This document shows, in pieces, positions 1 through 12,473 of a stretch of 64,000 nt of DNA; within the stretch, counting starts at the first letter, position 1; every line of letters starts with the position of its first letter. The position numbers and the translations under genes were made by a program. Under the pieces are notes generated by a model. It saw only the letters and a list, made by a program, of their open reading frames with translations. It searched no databases and was not told where the DNA came from. Location: NCBI RefSeq assembly GCF_011386835.1, contig NC_088800.1:14694001-14758000 (forward strand), in the 5' to 3' direction. Origin of the DNA: Chrysemys picta bellii. Lineage: Eukaryota.

Positions 1-206
1 AGCACAGGGTCTGGGGGCTGCCTGGCAAACCGTGAAGCCGGTAGCGCTCGGGCAGCCCTTTTCGCGTGGCTGGCAGTGGGAGGGAGGAGGGGGCGGAGTT
101 AGGGCGGGTTTGGGCGGAGTTGGGGTGGGGCTGGGGGTGGGAAATGGGCCGGGCCAGGGCCCCGTGGAGGGTCCTCTTTTTTAATTTGTTAAATATGGTA
201 ACCCTA
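1..206. mobile_element. Right end of a hAT-type non-autonomous DNA transposon (MITE), truncated by the window start
   Basis: Ends in ...AAATATGGTAACCCTA, the reverse complement of a TAGGGTTACCATAT terminal inverted repeat related to the TAGGGTGACCAGA TIR of the 7679 and 16547 copies; GC-rich body. Confidence 0.65.
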
Positions 207-1418
207 AGCAAGAGGGGTGCTCAGCACGAGCATCTGCAAGGCAAGATGGGAACTAACTAGAGCTAACCCTGCCCCCTCAGCCAACTTTCAGCAGCTGGGA
301 CTGTAATTTAAACATACAGGATCGAATGTAACTGTCCATTAGAAGGCAGTGGCAGAGCCATGCTGGTGCAATACAATCTGACCAGTGTGGCTTGGGACTG
401 TTACACCCAAATGAGGCCATTCCAGTTTATCTGCAGTTTCAAAGTTGCTTCTTTCGGCCCTGCTCCATGAGTCAGTGACTTCAGTGGGAGCTCAGCATCC
501 GAGCAGATCGTGTTTGTTGGTAGAACAGGTTCAAGAAACAATAAGCCATGGAGTCACGTTAAGCCAAATTCAGCACTAGTGTATGTAAATGCCTGGTTGT
601 ACTGCACCCAGATTACAATACATTTCTATCCATTCTGATTGTGGGGAATAATTTCTCTCTCAGATGGTTTCTGATTGAACCTCAGCTGTTCCCATATTTC
701 AGTAACGTTTCTGGGTTGGCCCCGTCCCACCTCCACCCCTTCTACCTCTCACCTGTGCTGTACCAGCAAAGATTATTTATAGGGGAGAAGCCAAAAATTC
801 CCCTGCATCTCCCCCTACCTCTGTATGCTTAGCAATTTCCTAGCCGGGGAATGAATTTGTCTGCTCTCTTTCTGTGTGTTTCTGTGGTTTGCATTGTCAT
901 TTGCAAACTGTATTACTTCACTCTGTTTAACTTGCTCCACAGTCTGGACAACTGTGTGTGGCCTCCCTCCTTGCACAAATAAAAAAAATTCCCTGGCAGC
1001 CTCTGCTACACTGGGGGCTCAAGATCTCCAGTCAGTGCAGGTCAAGCCTAGACTTCACGGCTAGTGTTGAGTTAAAATCTGCGGGTATTTGATGGTGGGT
1101 GGTATTTTTCTACCCAGACGAAGGCAAATGAAATTTTGTGAGATATACTTTAATATACAGCAAAGGCTGGTCTGCTCTGCGCAGTAAACACCTCGTCTTT
1201 CCAGAGAGATTGTTCTAATTCCAAGAGATGCTGCTGGTGTTGCAGGGTGCTGGAAAGCGATCTGCAGCATGGTGAGAAACTGCAGCCATCTGGCCTCCAT
1301 TGCCTTGTGTTTGTTGAATAGGAATCACTGATTTCTCTCCATCCCCTTTTGCCCTTGCATGCACACGATTCTAAGGGGACACTGGATTCTAAGGGCTGAA
1401 TTCTGTCCTTTGGTATAT

Positions 1419-1613
1419 GGGTGAGGCAATCTCTTTTGTTGGACCAACTTCTGTTGGTGAAAGAGACTAGCTTTCAAGCCACACAGAAAGAAGAGCTCTG
1501 TGTGACTCAAAAGCTTGTCTCTGTCACCAATGGAAGCTGATCCAATAAAAGATATGACCTCACTCACCTTGTCTCTCTGATATCCTGGGACCGACATGGC
1601 TACAACTACACTG
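1419..1613 (-). mobile_element. Penelope-like element terminal-repeat remnant, fold-back arrangement, with decayed hammerhead motifs
   Basis: Imperfect inverted arms (GGTGAGGCAATCTCTTTTGTTGGACCAACTTC... / ...GAAGCTGATCCAATAAAAGATATGACCTCACTCACC) around AAGAAGAGCTCTGTGTGACTCAAAAGCTTGTC; head GTAGCCATGTCGGTCCCAGG on the minus strand. Confidence 0.65.
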
Positions 1614-2109
1614 TGTGCTTTCATACGTGTAACCCACTCACCCCGAACACAGGAGGAGCTTTGCCTGCGTGAGGATTTCAGGGCTGGTCCCACAGTCCCT
1701 CCAAAAAGTTTTACCCACTGCCTTACTCTTTGGAGGTCTGGTCAGTCTTCCCCCAGATCTCAGGGTTGCACATGCTGTGAGATGCAGTCCTAGCTGATTC
1801 ACTGAAGTAATTTCTTAGAGTACTGACTTTCTGCAAACCTTTCATCCAAATAAACAAGCTACAAAATGTATTCTACCCAAACTCCTCCTCTGTAGCCCTG
1901 AACACTGACTTCTCTAGTGACACAGGCCCTCGCCTCTTCCTCTACAAACCATCTTTTCATTTAACTCAGTACCAATCCACCTTCGTCGCCTCATGTTTCT
2001 TTCAAACCATATCCAAATCACCCAGGGCTCATAAGCTCACACACAATTTTTCATAATGGTGTCTTCCCAAGAGAGTCCGGGGTCAGGAAAAGGATGGGGC
2101 GTTACAGAC

Positions 2110-2440
2110 CAGCATTTAGGTGCATTGGCAGAGCTGTGTGTGCACGAGGGGGTTCCTGGGCTAGACTTGGGGGATATTGTGGGTCAGGATTAGGGGGCAA
2201 TAGCAGAGCTGTGTATGGGGAACCCAGATCCAGAACAGCAGGGAATGTTGTAGGTCACTAGTTAGATGTATTGGTAGTGTTGTGTGGGGAACCTGTTCTG
2301 GACTAGCAGGTGGCTGGAGGTCAGGATTGAGTTGCCGTGGCGTTGCTGTGTGGAGGCTGGAGAAGCCCAGGGCTACAATAGCAGGGGATGCTGCTGGTCA
2401 AGCGTGAGGAGCATCAGCAGAGCTGCGTGTGGGAAGGCTG
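2110..2440. repeat. Degenerate tandem repeat, ~66-77 bp unit, about 5 copies
   Basis: GCAGAGCTGTGTG-like anchor recurs at 2128, 2203, 2274, 2340 and 2417, with shared AGCAGGG and GGTCAGGATT submotifs. Confidence 0.65.
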
Positions 2441-3969
2441 CCCATCCCCTCTCTGTACCACACCTACCTTTCGCCAGTAGCTTTTTAGTCCCTCACTTTC
2501 ACAAGCACTACATTAATACAGGTTTTCAATCAAATCCATTCCTTGTTTTTCCCCTTCTCAACTCATTTCTTCCCATCTGTGCATGACGTGGGGACTATAA
2601 CTGGCCGATTAGCCTGGCCGGTGGGTGTCTTCTTTACCTGAGGAATGACCAGTGGGCGATGGGTTGCTCAGGAGGGGCAGCACTTGGTTGTTTTTAAAGG
2701 CCTTGAAAGCTTTTTGTTTCTCCTCAGGTTTGTGCCGCAAACTGAGGCGTGCGTCTGCAAGGCTTTTAGCAGCTCTTCCTCTCACGCCCTTTGCATTAGT
2801 GACACACGCAGCAGCGGCAAGGAAGCAGGAGCGGGGAAGATGCACTAGAGGGGCACTTGCCTTTTTTCCCCCCTTTTCCTTTTTTCTTTGAAAGGAACAA
2901 TGTCAGGGGTCCCTTGAGTTCCATTTGCCGGCTGCTGGCCTGTCCTCTCTCTCTGAGGCTGAGTGGTTTATTAAGCATTCCTGGCATAGGCAGCGCAGGC
3001 ACTTTGAGCTACTTCATAAAGCAGGGATATAAGTGCAGTAGATATAAAAGAGATACGGCACTGGGGGAGGGGGTGAAACAGGGTGATGTCGAAAATGCTA
3101 GAATTCTTTATCACATGGCCAGCAGACTGAGTGGGCCCCTGCTTGCTGAAAGGGTTGAGAGGGGATATTGGAGCTAACCTATCTCTGGTCTGTAGAGAGC
3201 CTGTAACCGGGCCCCATATACAGATCCACCCACCACCAAAGGCTTTCCTGCAGTAAACAAAATAACTTCCTGCTCGGAGGCCTCGTTTATGTGCTGCAGA
3301 GACCATCCCATCTAAGGAGACCCGAGTGCGGTGCGCAGCCCAGCAGCCCTGGGCAGGCTACACAAAGGAACCAAAGTGGTGCAAACTAATAACAACGCCA
3401 GGCTCCATTCCCAGCTCTTCTCAAGCTCACTGCCTGAGCATCTTGAGGAAATGGAGAGAGGTTCCCTCTGGCAGTCTCCCTGTAAGCCCCTTGGTGAGGC
3501 TGGCAGCACAGCTGTGTGAGTGAATCAGGCTCAGACTCTCTCCCAACTCCCTGAGCTTTGGGAATAGCTGTCCTTGGCTCTAGTGTCTCTTGGAGCCCTC
3601 CTGTCCCAATAGCTAGGCTGATGCCTCCCCCCTTACTAGTAAAACTGGGACCGGGGTGCATGAGGAGGGTCCCAAAGAATCTGTACTGGCTGGCACAGAG
3701 CCCATCTCCCAGGTACCTAGGTGAAAGGGAGTTATTATTTCCCATCCAATGGATGATCTGGAAATGATATTATGTATATTTTGTTTTCAACATGCAGTGA
3801 GGGGAGGATATTCACCACCAATCTTATATTTGGTGGAGGCAGAGAGGAACATCTGGTTCCTCGGGGCAATATCCTATATTAGAATTTACTCTATAAATAC
3901 AAAACAAGGTTGATCCTTGGACTAGACACCATATCATCCACGTATCTGTACATTGCTCAGTACAGCAGG

Positions 3970-4344
3970 CACAGATGCCAACTTTCCCATGTGCCAGGGG
4001 GTCCTGGACTCCTGGCTCTGCCCCAGGCCTCGCCCCCACTCCAGCCCTTCCCCCAAGGTCCCACCCCCACCCCATCTCTTCCCACTCCTGCCCTGCCTCT
4101 TCCTGCCCTGTTCCACTCCTTCCTCCAAGCACGCTGAATCCTCGCTCCTCCTCCCCACCCCAAGTCTCCTGCATGCCGTGAAACAGCTGATCATGCCAAG
4201 CGGGAGGCGCGGGGAGGGAGAGGGATTCATGGTGCCTGCCGGCGGGCAGGACATGCTGGGGGGCGAGGGGGAGCTGATAGCCACCCACCATTTCTTCCTC
4301 GTGGGTGCTCCAGCCGCGGAGCACCCATGGACTTGGCACCTATG
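3970..4344. mobile_element. hAT-type MITE
   Basis: TIRs CACAGATGCCAAC / ACTTGGCACCTATG; 8-bp TSD acagcagg/acagcggg; body shared with the 5782 and 52569 elements. Confidence 0.8.
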
Positions 4345-4713
4345 ACAGCGGGACCCTGATCCCGACAAAGGATTTGATACAATAGAAATTTTAGATTACG
4401 TTTAAAAAACGATGTTAAAAGAATGTTAAGATTGCAGAGTCAAGCATTCAAAAGCTAGGCAATGCCAGACTCTAAGTTGTCTGCAGCCTTAATTTGCCTC
4501 CCCTTGTGCATATGCACTATGAAACAGTCTTTAATTACATGATCACATACTATTTTCCCACAGCATCCCAGCCACATTCAGAGAATAGGTAACTCTTCAA
4601 TGTTTCTTTTATCCTTCACCTTCAGTGTGTGGCCCCAGGCCTTCCTTACTGCACACTATTCAAACCCTGCTCTGAATACCAAAGTATTAATTTCCTCATT
4701 GGCTTTTCTTTGG

Positions 4714-5165
4714 CACTCATCGCTGTAGCATCTGAGTGCTTCACAAACATGAACTGATTTATCTTCACAACCCCTTTGTAAGATCCAGGGGTATACCTGT
4801 TTTACAGATAGAAAATTGAAGTACAAAGGGGTTTAAGTTAAAAGTATCCACTAATTCTGAGAGCCCAATTTGAGATGCCTAGGGTCTGATTTTTCACAGT
4901 CCTTAGCATTATGTAGCACTTTATTTGTTCAAAGCACAGCTCTCATTGACTTCAGTTGTATCTGTGAGTGCTCAGCACGTCTGGAAATCAGCTCCCAGGG
5001 TCTTGGGCACCCAGCAAATGAGGAACACGCAATTAGTGAGTGCTTGCACAAAGCTTAGGTTAACTGACTTGCCCAACATCATGTAGAAATTCTGTGGCTG
5101 TGGCTGAGGCAGGGATAGAAACCAGTTCTCCAGGGCAGCATTCAGCTGCCTCAATCATGAGACCC
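4714..5165 (+). mobile_element. MIR/CORE-type SINE interrupted by a short palindromic element
   Basis: CORE-like TTTTACAGATAGAAAATTGAAG...TGACTTGCCCAACATCA; ~4840-5055 is an inserted unrelated palindromic segment. Confidence 0.5.
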
Positions 5166-5781
5166 TCACCCCGCTGCTGTGTTTCATCCTCACATACTGG
5201 ACCCCTGTGCTCTAAGCTTCCTGAGTCTGAGTGGGTTCCAGCACTGTCTTTTTCCTTGGGCTCTCTGGAACACTTCCTGGGCACAGGCTCTTTGCCTGTT
5301 ACCTTTGCTTGGAACTGAGACCTCACAATCCAGCTGCCCTAGGTCCCCAGGACCTGTGCTGATCCTACGTCGGCTCCCCAGTTCCTTAAGCACGCCTTTC
5401 CCCAAAGCATTAACCCCATGGCACTCTGGTCTGCTGTATCTCCCCCCAGGGACATGTGATAGTGGAAGCTGTGTGTTGGCTAAGGTTTCTAACACAATTA
5501 CTCTGTACTTTAGATAGCCCAAGAAATACACAGAGCTAGACAAAAAACTAAACACCTGTAAGTATTGCCCTGCCTCAGTTTCCTCCAAGCTGCTTGTGCA
5601 CCAGCAGAGGGAGCATTGAGAGCACAGGAGAGACAGTCTCCCTGCTTTCAGTTCCAGTGTCCAGCGCCACAGTGATTGGCAACAGCCCAGAGCAGCACTT
5701 GCAGGGAAAGTCCTGTTCAGCTACGCAGCCCTGGGATGGAGCATGCCCAGTCACTGTGTGGGGATGGTGCATGCACTGTCC

Positions 5782-6156
5782 CACAGGCACTGACTTGCAG
5801 CTTTCTTTGGGGGTGCTCCACCCCTGTTCCACCCTGAGGCCTCAACCCCACTCCGCCCCTTCCCCCAGTGCCCCTGCACTGCTTCTTCCTGCCCCGCTCT
5901 GCCCCCTCCCCCAAGTGTGTCCCACCCTCACTCCACCTCTTCCCACCCCTGCTCTTCCCCCTCTCCCCAATGCCTCCCGCTCACTGCTGAACAGCTGATC
6001 TGTGGTGGGCGGGAGGTGCTGGGAGGGAGGCGAGGAGCTGATCAGCGGGGCCCACCGAACAGTCTGTTTGGTGGGTGGCTGGTGGGTGCTGAGCACCCAC
6101 TATTTTTTTCCCATGGGTGCTCCAGCCCCAAAGCACCCACAGAGCGGGTGCCTATG
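5782..6156. mobile_element. hAT-type MITE
   Basis: TIRs CACAGGCACTGAC / GCGGGTGCCTATG; 8-bp TSD cactgtcc/cacagtcc. Confidence 0.8.
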
Positions 6157-6269
6157 CACAGTCCAGTCAGCGTGTCAGAGCTGTGAGGCATTGGAGTTTG
6201 TTCCATGCAGATGGAATCTTTGGAGAATTTACCTGCCAAACTCTCACAAGTCCCTGCTGAGCATGTGAA

Positions 6270-6530
6270 AACGGAGATTTTTCAAAGGCTTATAATGTGG
6301 CCAAATGTGAGTGTTTTTTCATGGGAACAGGAAAAAGGCACACCCCTGACATCAGGCAGGTGCTTCCCATGGGGCTGAAGCTCTGAGACCTCCCTCCCCA
6401 CAGGGCTGAAGCCCTAACAGGCGCCTCCTGTGGGGCTGAAGCCCCGAGCCCCAGCAGGCGCACCCCGGCTCCCGAACTTCTGACAATTGCCATATCAGAG
6501 GGCCAGTAAGTTTGGCCAGACAAAGCTGCA
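6270..6530. mobile_element. Probable DNA-transposon internal fragment with three GGGCTGAAGC repeats
   Basis: (G/A)GGGCTGAAGC at 6371, 6402 and 6432 (~30-bp period); termini not resolved. Confidence 0.35.
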
Positions 6531-7678
6531 TGAAAACACTGCTGAGATGGGGACCCTGAGTTGCACAGATCTCGATTCCAACGCTGAGAACAGTAAAATG
6601 ACCCCCAGAAGTGTAAGCCCTGGGCCCTGCCTTCTGCACAACAGACCTTGCAGCAAGCAGCCATCAATAATCCACATCTCGCTCTGCGCATCTTACCTTG
6701 GTTTCCATGTATTTATTTTAACCTTGATTTTATTAAGTGTTCTTTGCGCGTTAGGCGTGTGTAGCCCAGGCACAATCGGTCTGGAGGCCGGGCAGGATCA
6801 GAGATTTCCTATGCGAATGAAGGTTGCCCAAGGCACCTGAGCCTGGCCATCCTAGTGATAAACACCAGCCAGGCTTTTCTGGTTCCTTCAATGCAGTTTT
6901 TAAGTGCTGCTCATGTGTATGATAAAGGGAGAATATGGAGACAGAGGGAAGGGGACATAAAAGTGTCTTGAAGTAGCTGCAGGGGAAGTGCTTTTCTTCA
7001 CAAGGCTGGCAATGAAATTAGAGGTAATTGTGAGGACCAAAGATTCAATAAAACCCAGGGAGGATGTCAGGTGAGAGAGGGGCTGCACGGCCATTTCTGT
7101 AAATTGAACAGATGTTCCCTGCTGGTGCCAATAATCAGTTACTGATGGTGCTGTTAAACAAACAGCGCCAGGCCTGCCTCAGGTGCTGTAAAGCTGATAG
7201 GGACATCTGTTACTACCACCTTTGAACTTCAGAGTGAGAGGACAGGCTTCTTTCACTTAGGCTCTGGTTTAATGAGGCATGGTGCTTTAAATAAACCCAG
7301 CAGCCGCTACCTGTCTGATGGGCAGAGAGGTGAAAGGGCACTGGGGTGTGACAGGCAGTACATCTCTAAAGTTGCAACGCGGGGAGATTCAGGAGAGAAC
7401 TGAGTTGGATGATGGGTGTTCTAGGGCCTGTGCTGTGGCTCATGTCAATGCGTTCTCTGCATCCTCATGCCTGGACATGCTGTTGCCAAAGGCAGTGAGC
7501 GTGGAATCGCCAGCTATGCAGATATTTACAGGGACTGAATGGAAACTGGACTACACAACTGCAATATTCCCTGCTCCCCTGGCAGTGAGATGGAGTGCAA
7601 CACTCACTTGTCTTTCCCTTTTCTTTTTGGGTGAATGGTGGTGTGTCTATGAATCTGAGAACGTTGGCCAGAGGCAAG

Positions 7679-7781
7679 TAGGGTGACCAGACAGCAAATG
7701 TGAAAAATCGGGACGGGGTGGGGAGGTAATAGGAGCCTATATAAGAAAAAGACCCAAAAATTGGGACATCTGGTCATCCTA
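7679..7781. mobile_element. Short hAT MITE (TAGGGTGACCAGA TIR family)
   Basis: TAGGGTGACCAGA...TCTGGTCATCCTA; perfect 8-bp TSD gaggcaag. Confidence 0.9.
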
Positions 7782-7804
7782 GAGGCAAGTGAAGTGCCAG
7801 CAGG

Positions 7805-8127
7805 CTCTGAGCAACTTCCTTCTGCAGCTCTGACAGTGCTCCTCAACCTGACCGGCAGCACCTTTGCTCTTTCAGGACTGGGCTTTCCCACCCAATTCTG
7901 CTGCTGTATCTGAATCCCAACCTCTGGTGCATCTAACTGTTCCTGTCGGTCAGCCACTCCAGAGTGAAGTCATGTCAGAATGAGTGGTGGGTTTCATGGT
8001 GTGCTCATGTAGCCAGTTGGCATGGGGATCATATTGAGCCCATCAAACACATTCCATTTGTGATTTAATCAGAAGCTGAATTCAGGTGTTCAGAGGTGAA
8101 AGGCTAGTGTATTAACCCCCTGAGCTA
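7805..8127 (-). mobile_element. LF-SINE-like ancient SINE, diverged
   Basis: Minus strand reads TAGCTCAGGGGGTTAATACACTAGCCTTTCACCTCTG (tRNA-like head), GAAACCCACCACT and GGTCAGGTTGAGGAGCACTGTCAGAGC...GGAAG, colinear with my recollection of the LF-SINE consensus. Confidence 0.55.
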
Positions 8128-10224
8128 GAGGGGCTACTTGGTTATCCTCAGTCTTATAGCTACATCGATGTTGCAAAAGCATGATGCCAGGACTTAAACG
8201 AGTGGGTCCCAAATTCCCTCTTTGTCTCTCTTCCTCCTGCGTAATTAATTGAGATCCACCTTAATAGGATAAAACTAAATACTGAATAGCATCCAAACGC
8301 ACAGTGGCTGGCAGGAAAACAACAGCCAGACACAGAAAGGGAGAAAGGCAGCTAAATGGACAAAGACCCATTTAATAGTGTTTATTAGAGGTTCCTAAGC
8401 TAATAACATCATTATCACAATGTCAACATGGCTGTGATGAGCCTGGTATGTGCCAGGAGGGGCGATCCTCTTATGTGTTTTGACTAATCAGCTGGGATTT
8501 ACATGATACACAATAAATCTTATTGATTCTAAATGAAATGTGCCTTTGGGAATCTTTAGCATTCACAGCAAGCCTGAGCCAAACCAGGCAGCAAAGCTCT
8601 GTCTCCATTGGACTTGGAATTTTAAAAACCTTCAGACAAAAGGATTTAATGGAAAATATGGACAGGAATGAGTCTCTGAACCGCAGTATTACAAGAGACA
8701 AGCAAACATGCAGATATGCCTGAGAGAGGCAGCCAATAGGAGGGGGCAGGGAGAGGTTGGGGCACCTAGAGAAATGGGGGTGGAGGAGAGAGAGAGCTTA
8801 GATCAGGTTTCTTGACCTTCAGGGCATGCTGCCAGACTTTATTTCAGCCTCTGCTGGAAGATGCTTTTGGTGTTTGTTAACTGATGTTTTGTATAGAACG
8901 TGCCCAGAAGAATATACAATACCTAAATACATAGCAGAGTGCAAGGAGAAGGGGTATATTGTCACAGCTCTACCAAGGCAGTTTGAAATAATATTTTGGT
9001 GTCCTGGAGGGGATGGCATCTCTGTTAAGGTTTGAAACACTTAGGCTCCCTAGAAACACAAATTTGAATAGCATCAGCGGCAACGTAGCCATTTCTTGGG
9101 TCATTACACTAAGTACTTTGTCAGTTCTTCAGTAGGAAATTCCCCATGCCTGCTCTGTACAAACTTTTCTAGGAGACAGTACCTGGAAAGTTTGGGCAGC
9201 TCTGCATTAGATCCGGGATTCTGCATCTACTGGGAAATGGCAATTTACTGTCTTTCCATGCTGGTTAGCAATAGGGGCTGGGGCTGCACAGTCTGTCTGT
9301 GCTGGCTGACAAGCCATTTCTTCAAGTAACTCATAAATTTAAATTGAGTGCCATAAAAGTGTCGGGTGGGGAGTGAGATGCCACAGTCCATTTCCTGGCA
9401 TATTTGTCAGGTGGAGTTTGCAGAGCTGTTTATATCCTTCAGGACATGCTGCTGTTAGGATTTGGGTTCTTGTTACATTGTCTCTGACAGAGGAAATAAC
9501 CAGGTTGGCTGCCAGGGTCAGTTCCAAACCAAGGCCTCCTCATTGCCCACCCTATCTCCTTTGAGTCTAATGGAGAGGTAACCGTTCCTGATTGCAATCA
9601 CAGAATTAATGAGCAGTTTGCAAGGCCATTTATCTTGGTGTCTCTTGGTTTCTTTTTTCTTGATGTTACTAAGGAAATAACCATCCACCCCTCTGCTGAA
9701 GGCTACACGAGACACAAACATCCATCCAAGCTGATGAACACTTTCTGTGACTATTACACCATAGGCCCCAGGAGATCCGAGAAGTGTTCAAACAACGTCC
9801 TATTGCCACTTGTGACCAGCAACTGTGAGAGAAGCTCATTCCAGGTCCACCCCAAATTCTTTTTGGGGATGCTGATGCATTCTCTGAGGTCCAGTTCACT
9901 GACCCCTATAGCATCCTGCACAAAAATAAGCTGTTCATAGACTCCAATCTTTTGCTCTGGCTACTCTTTCTGGGGTCTCTGCGGTGGCTGCTCAGTAGCA
10001 CTTACTGGGAAAGAAAGGCTGGGAGCAATGGGATGTTAATGGAACAGCACAACTTAAGTTCTCAGCAGTGGCTGGTGAAGTGCACAGAAGCAAAAGAAGC
10101 AGCTCCTTTTCCAGTTTGCAGAGAAATCTCTTTAAATTCAGAGCCCCAGTAATGCATTTTTTCACTGAAGGTCTTTGAGTTGGTGCAGAGAACTACAATA
10201 CAGACCTGCCTGCAAGTCATGGGA

Positions 10225-10365
10225 TCAGGAGTGCAAGTAGGGCGGTACCCTCCGGTACCCCATACCCGCAAGAAATTTCTAGCCAGTACAGGGTACTGGA
10301 AAGACAGGAGCCAGCACCCCCGCCGGAACACATGGCGGGGAGGGGGGGCTGCGCTCTGCTCCTTA
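10225..10365. mobile_element. Possible DNA-transposon fragment
   Basis: GGTAC/GTACC-rich left end (GCAAGTAGGGCGGTACCCTCCGGTACCC) in a CpG-rich patch; no second terminus seen. Confidence 0.3.
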
Positions 10366-11060
10366 AAGGAGCAGAAGATGGCTAGGGAGGTCATTCATTC
10401 TTTATGGCTTTAACAGCACAATACATATGCTAACTAACTTAAACAAAGGCTTTGTTTAAGTTTGTTAACATATGTATTGTGCTGTTTTACATTGGTCAGG
10501 AGTCCTCAAGAGGGGAGGGGTGGGGGGACAGAAGGTGTTTAAATAAAACAGTGTTTTATTCTGTTTCTCCCCATTGGTCTGAATTATCCATGACATTCAT
10601 GCTGCATCACATTGTGTCCAAATCATTAGAGAAATGCCTCTGCTTGCACTGACCAGAGGATGTTTGGATTCTGATGTCAGCCCAGTTCTGCAGCCTGATG
10701 GGAATCAGTGGTGTCCGTCCCCAGTGTAAACACAGAATTCTTTGCAGCCAAACTAGTGCATTTTGTTAACTGGAACTGGAGCAGCAAAACAAAGAAAACA
10801 AATGCCTCATTTTCCAGCTTTGCAGGTGAAAGAAGTATAAGTGAAGATTATAATGCCCGACACTGACGGCCTTAAATCTGCTGCCTCAGGAATCTGCCAA
10901 GAACTTTGCTGAAAATATGTTCTTTATCTTAGCAGAGGAGCGAAGACTTATCACACATCTGCCCACCTTTATTTGAATGAAGCTCCTTCTGATCTGACAG
11001 CTCAGGCATTGTCAATTTCATCCAGAATAATTTACAAACTTGGAACCTAATCCTGTAAGC

Positions 11061-11394
11061 CAGGGGTCAGCAACGTTTGGCACGCGGCTCGCCATGGTAA
11101 GCATCCTGGCGGGCCAGGCCAGTTTATTTACCTGCTGATGCAGCAGGTTCGGCCGATCGCGGCCCCCATTGGCTGCGGTTCGCCGTCCCAGGCCAATGGG
11201 GGTGGCGGGAAGCCACGGCCAGCACATCCCTTGCCCGCGCCGCTTCCCGCCGTCCCCATTGGCCTGGGACAGCGAACCGCGGCCAGTGGGGGCCGTGATC
11301 AGCCAAACCTGCCACGTCAGCAGGTAAATAAACTGGCCCGGCCCACCAGGGTGCTTACCCTGGTGAGCCGCGTGCCAAACGTTGCCGACCCCTA
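11061..11394. mobile_element. Palindromic hAT MITE (CAGGGGTCGGCAAC TIR family)
   Basis: The whole 334 bp is an imperfect palindrome; TIRs CAGGGGTCAGCAAC / GTTGCCGACCCCTA; TSD ctgtaagc/ctgtaaac. Confidence 0.9.
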
Positions 11395-11936
11395 CTGTAA
11401 ACCCTTTATCATTTGATCAATCCCATTGAAGACAATGGTGCTATTTGCCTGACTATAGACCACTTTTGTGGACTGGTAAGAGTTTCAGGAGTCTGTTCCT
11501 ATAAAGGAAATTGAATCCCCCATTGAAATGCAATGTTTGGGTACAGTACCATAAAGCAATTTAGGATACAGTTCTACTTAAAATTTGCTTTTAATAAGTC
11601 ATACATATGCTGAAATGGCACCTCACCCAACTCCCATATTTCATATAAACAAACTGAATACTACATATTTGGAGGGAAAGTGAGTAGTTAAGCATGTTGA
11701 TGTTTGTATATACAAAGGGGGGGCATAAGAGGGGATGAGAGTGGGGGCCCCAGGCTGGGACGGGGTGGGAAAGAGTCACATGGTGGGTCACGTGGGGAGG
11801 TTACATGCCTCCCCTCCTTGTGTCCCTCCCATGAGTGTAGTACTAGCAAGAAATGATTTCTACTTGCACCATTGCATGGGACTAATAAATATTCTCTCAT
11901 ATTGTTGTTTCAGATGCCATAGCACTATTAACAGGT

Positions 11937-12249
11937 TGTGACCAGGTGTCAGACTTCAGGGATCTGTGGGTTGGTGCAGAGCTACACTGCCAACTCATGC
12001 TGGCAGTTAGTTCAGCTGGGGCTTATTAACACCAACTCAGGAGTATAAACAGCTGAGAGTCTCTCTGCTTGGAGGAGGGTCAGGAGAGCTAGCAAGGGGG
12101 GAAAACCTAGAAGCAGTTACAAAGATAGGCTTTGGCCTGCACTAAGTACAATCCTATCTTGGGGCTTTGTAGGTTAAGAATAAAGACAAACCTCAGGAAA
12201 GAATGGATTTGAACCATAGCCAGTGTGTATTTGTGATGCAGTATTCACA
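11937..12249 (+). mobile_element. Possible LTR remnant
   Basis: TG...CA ends, with TATAAA (~12044) followed by AATAAA (~12178) in LTR order; no TSD found. Confidence 0.3.
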
Positions 12250-12473
12250 GATATTGTTTTATTAGGGGCAAAATCATCATGCCATGAAACATCAGTTGGT
12301 CCCACCACATAAGTCATCCTGTTCAATCTCAAATGAGGCTGAATGTTTCACTCCATTCTGAAGGTGAGAGTTTCCCTCATATTGTTATTTATGTATGAAA
12401 ACAGTGGCAAGTATTTGAAAAGAGTGATTTTGGGTGCTATACATATTGGTTTCCAGTTTTGATTAAAGGTCAG

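Noticed and set aside
6371-6445. Regularly spaced direct repeats resembling a CRISPR array
   Set aside because: Vertebrate DNA; only 10-12 bp repeats inside a transposon-like fragment; no cas genes.
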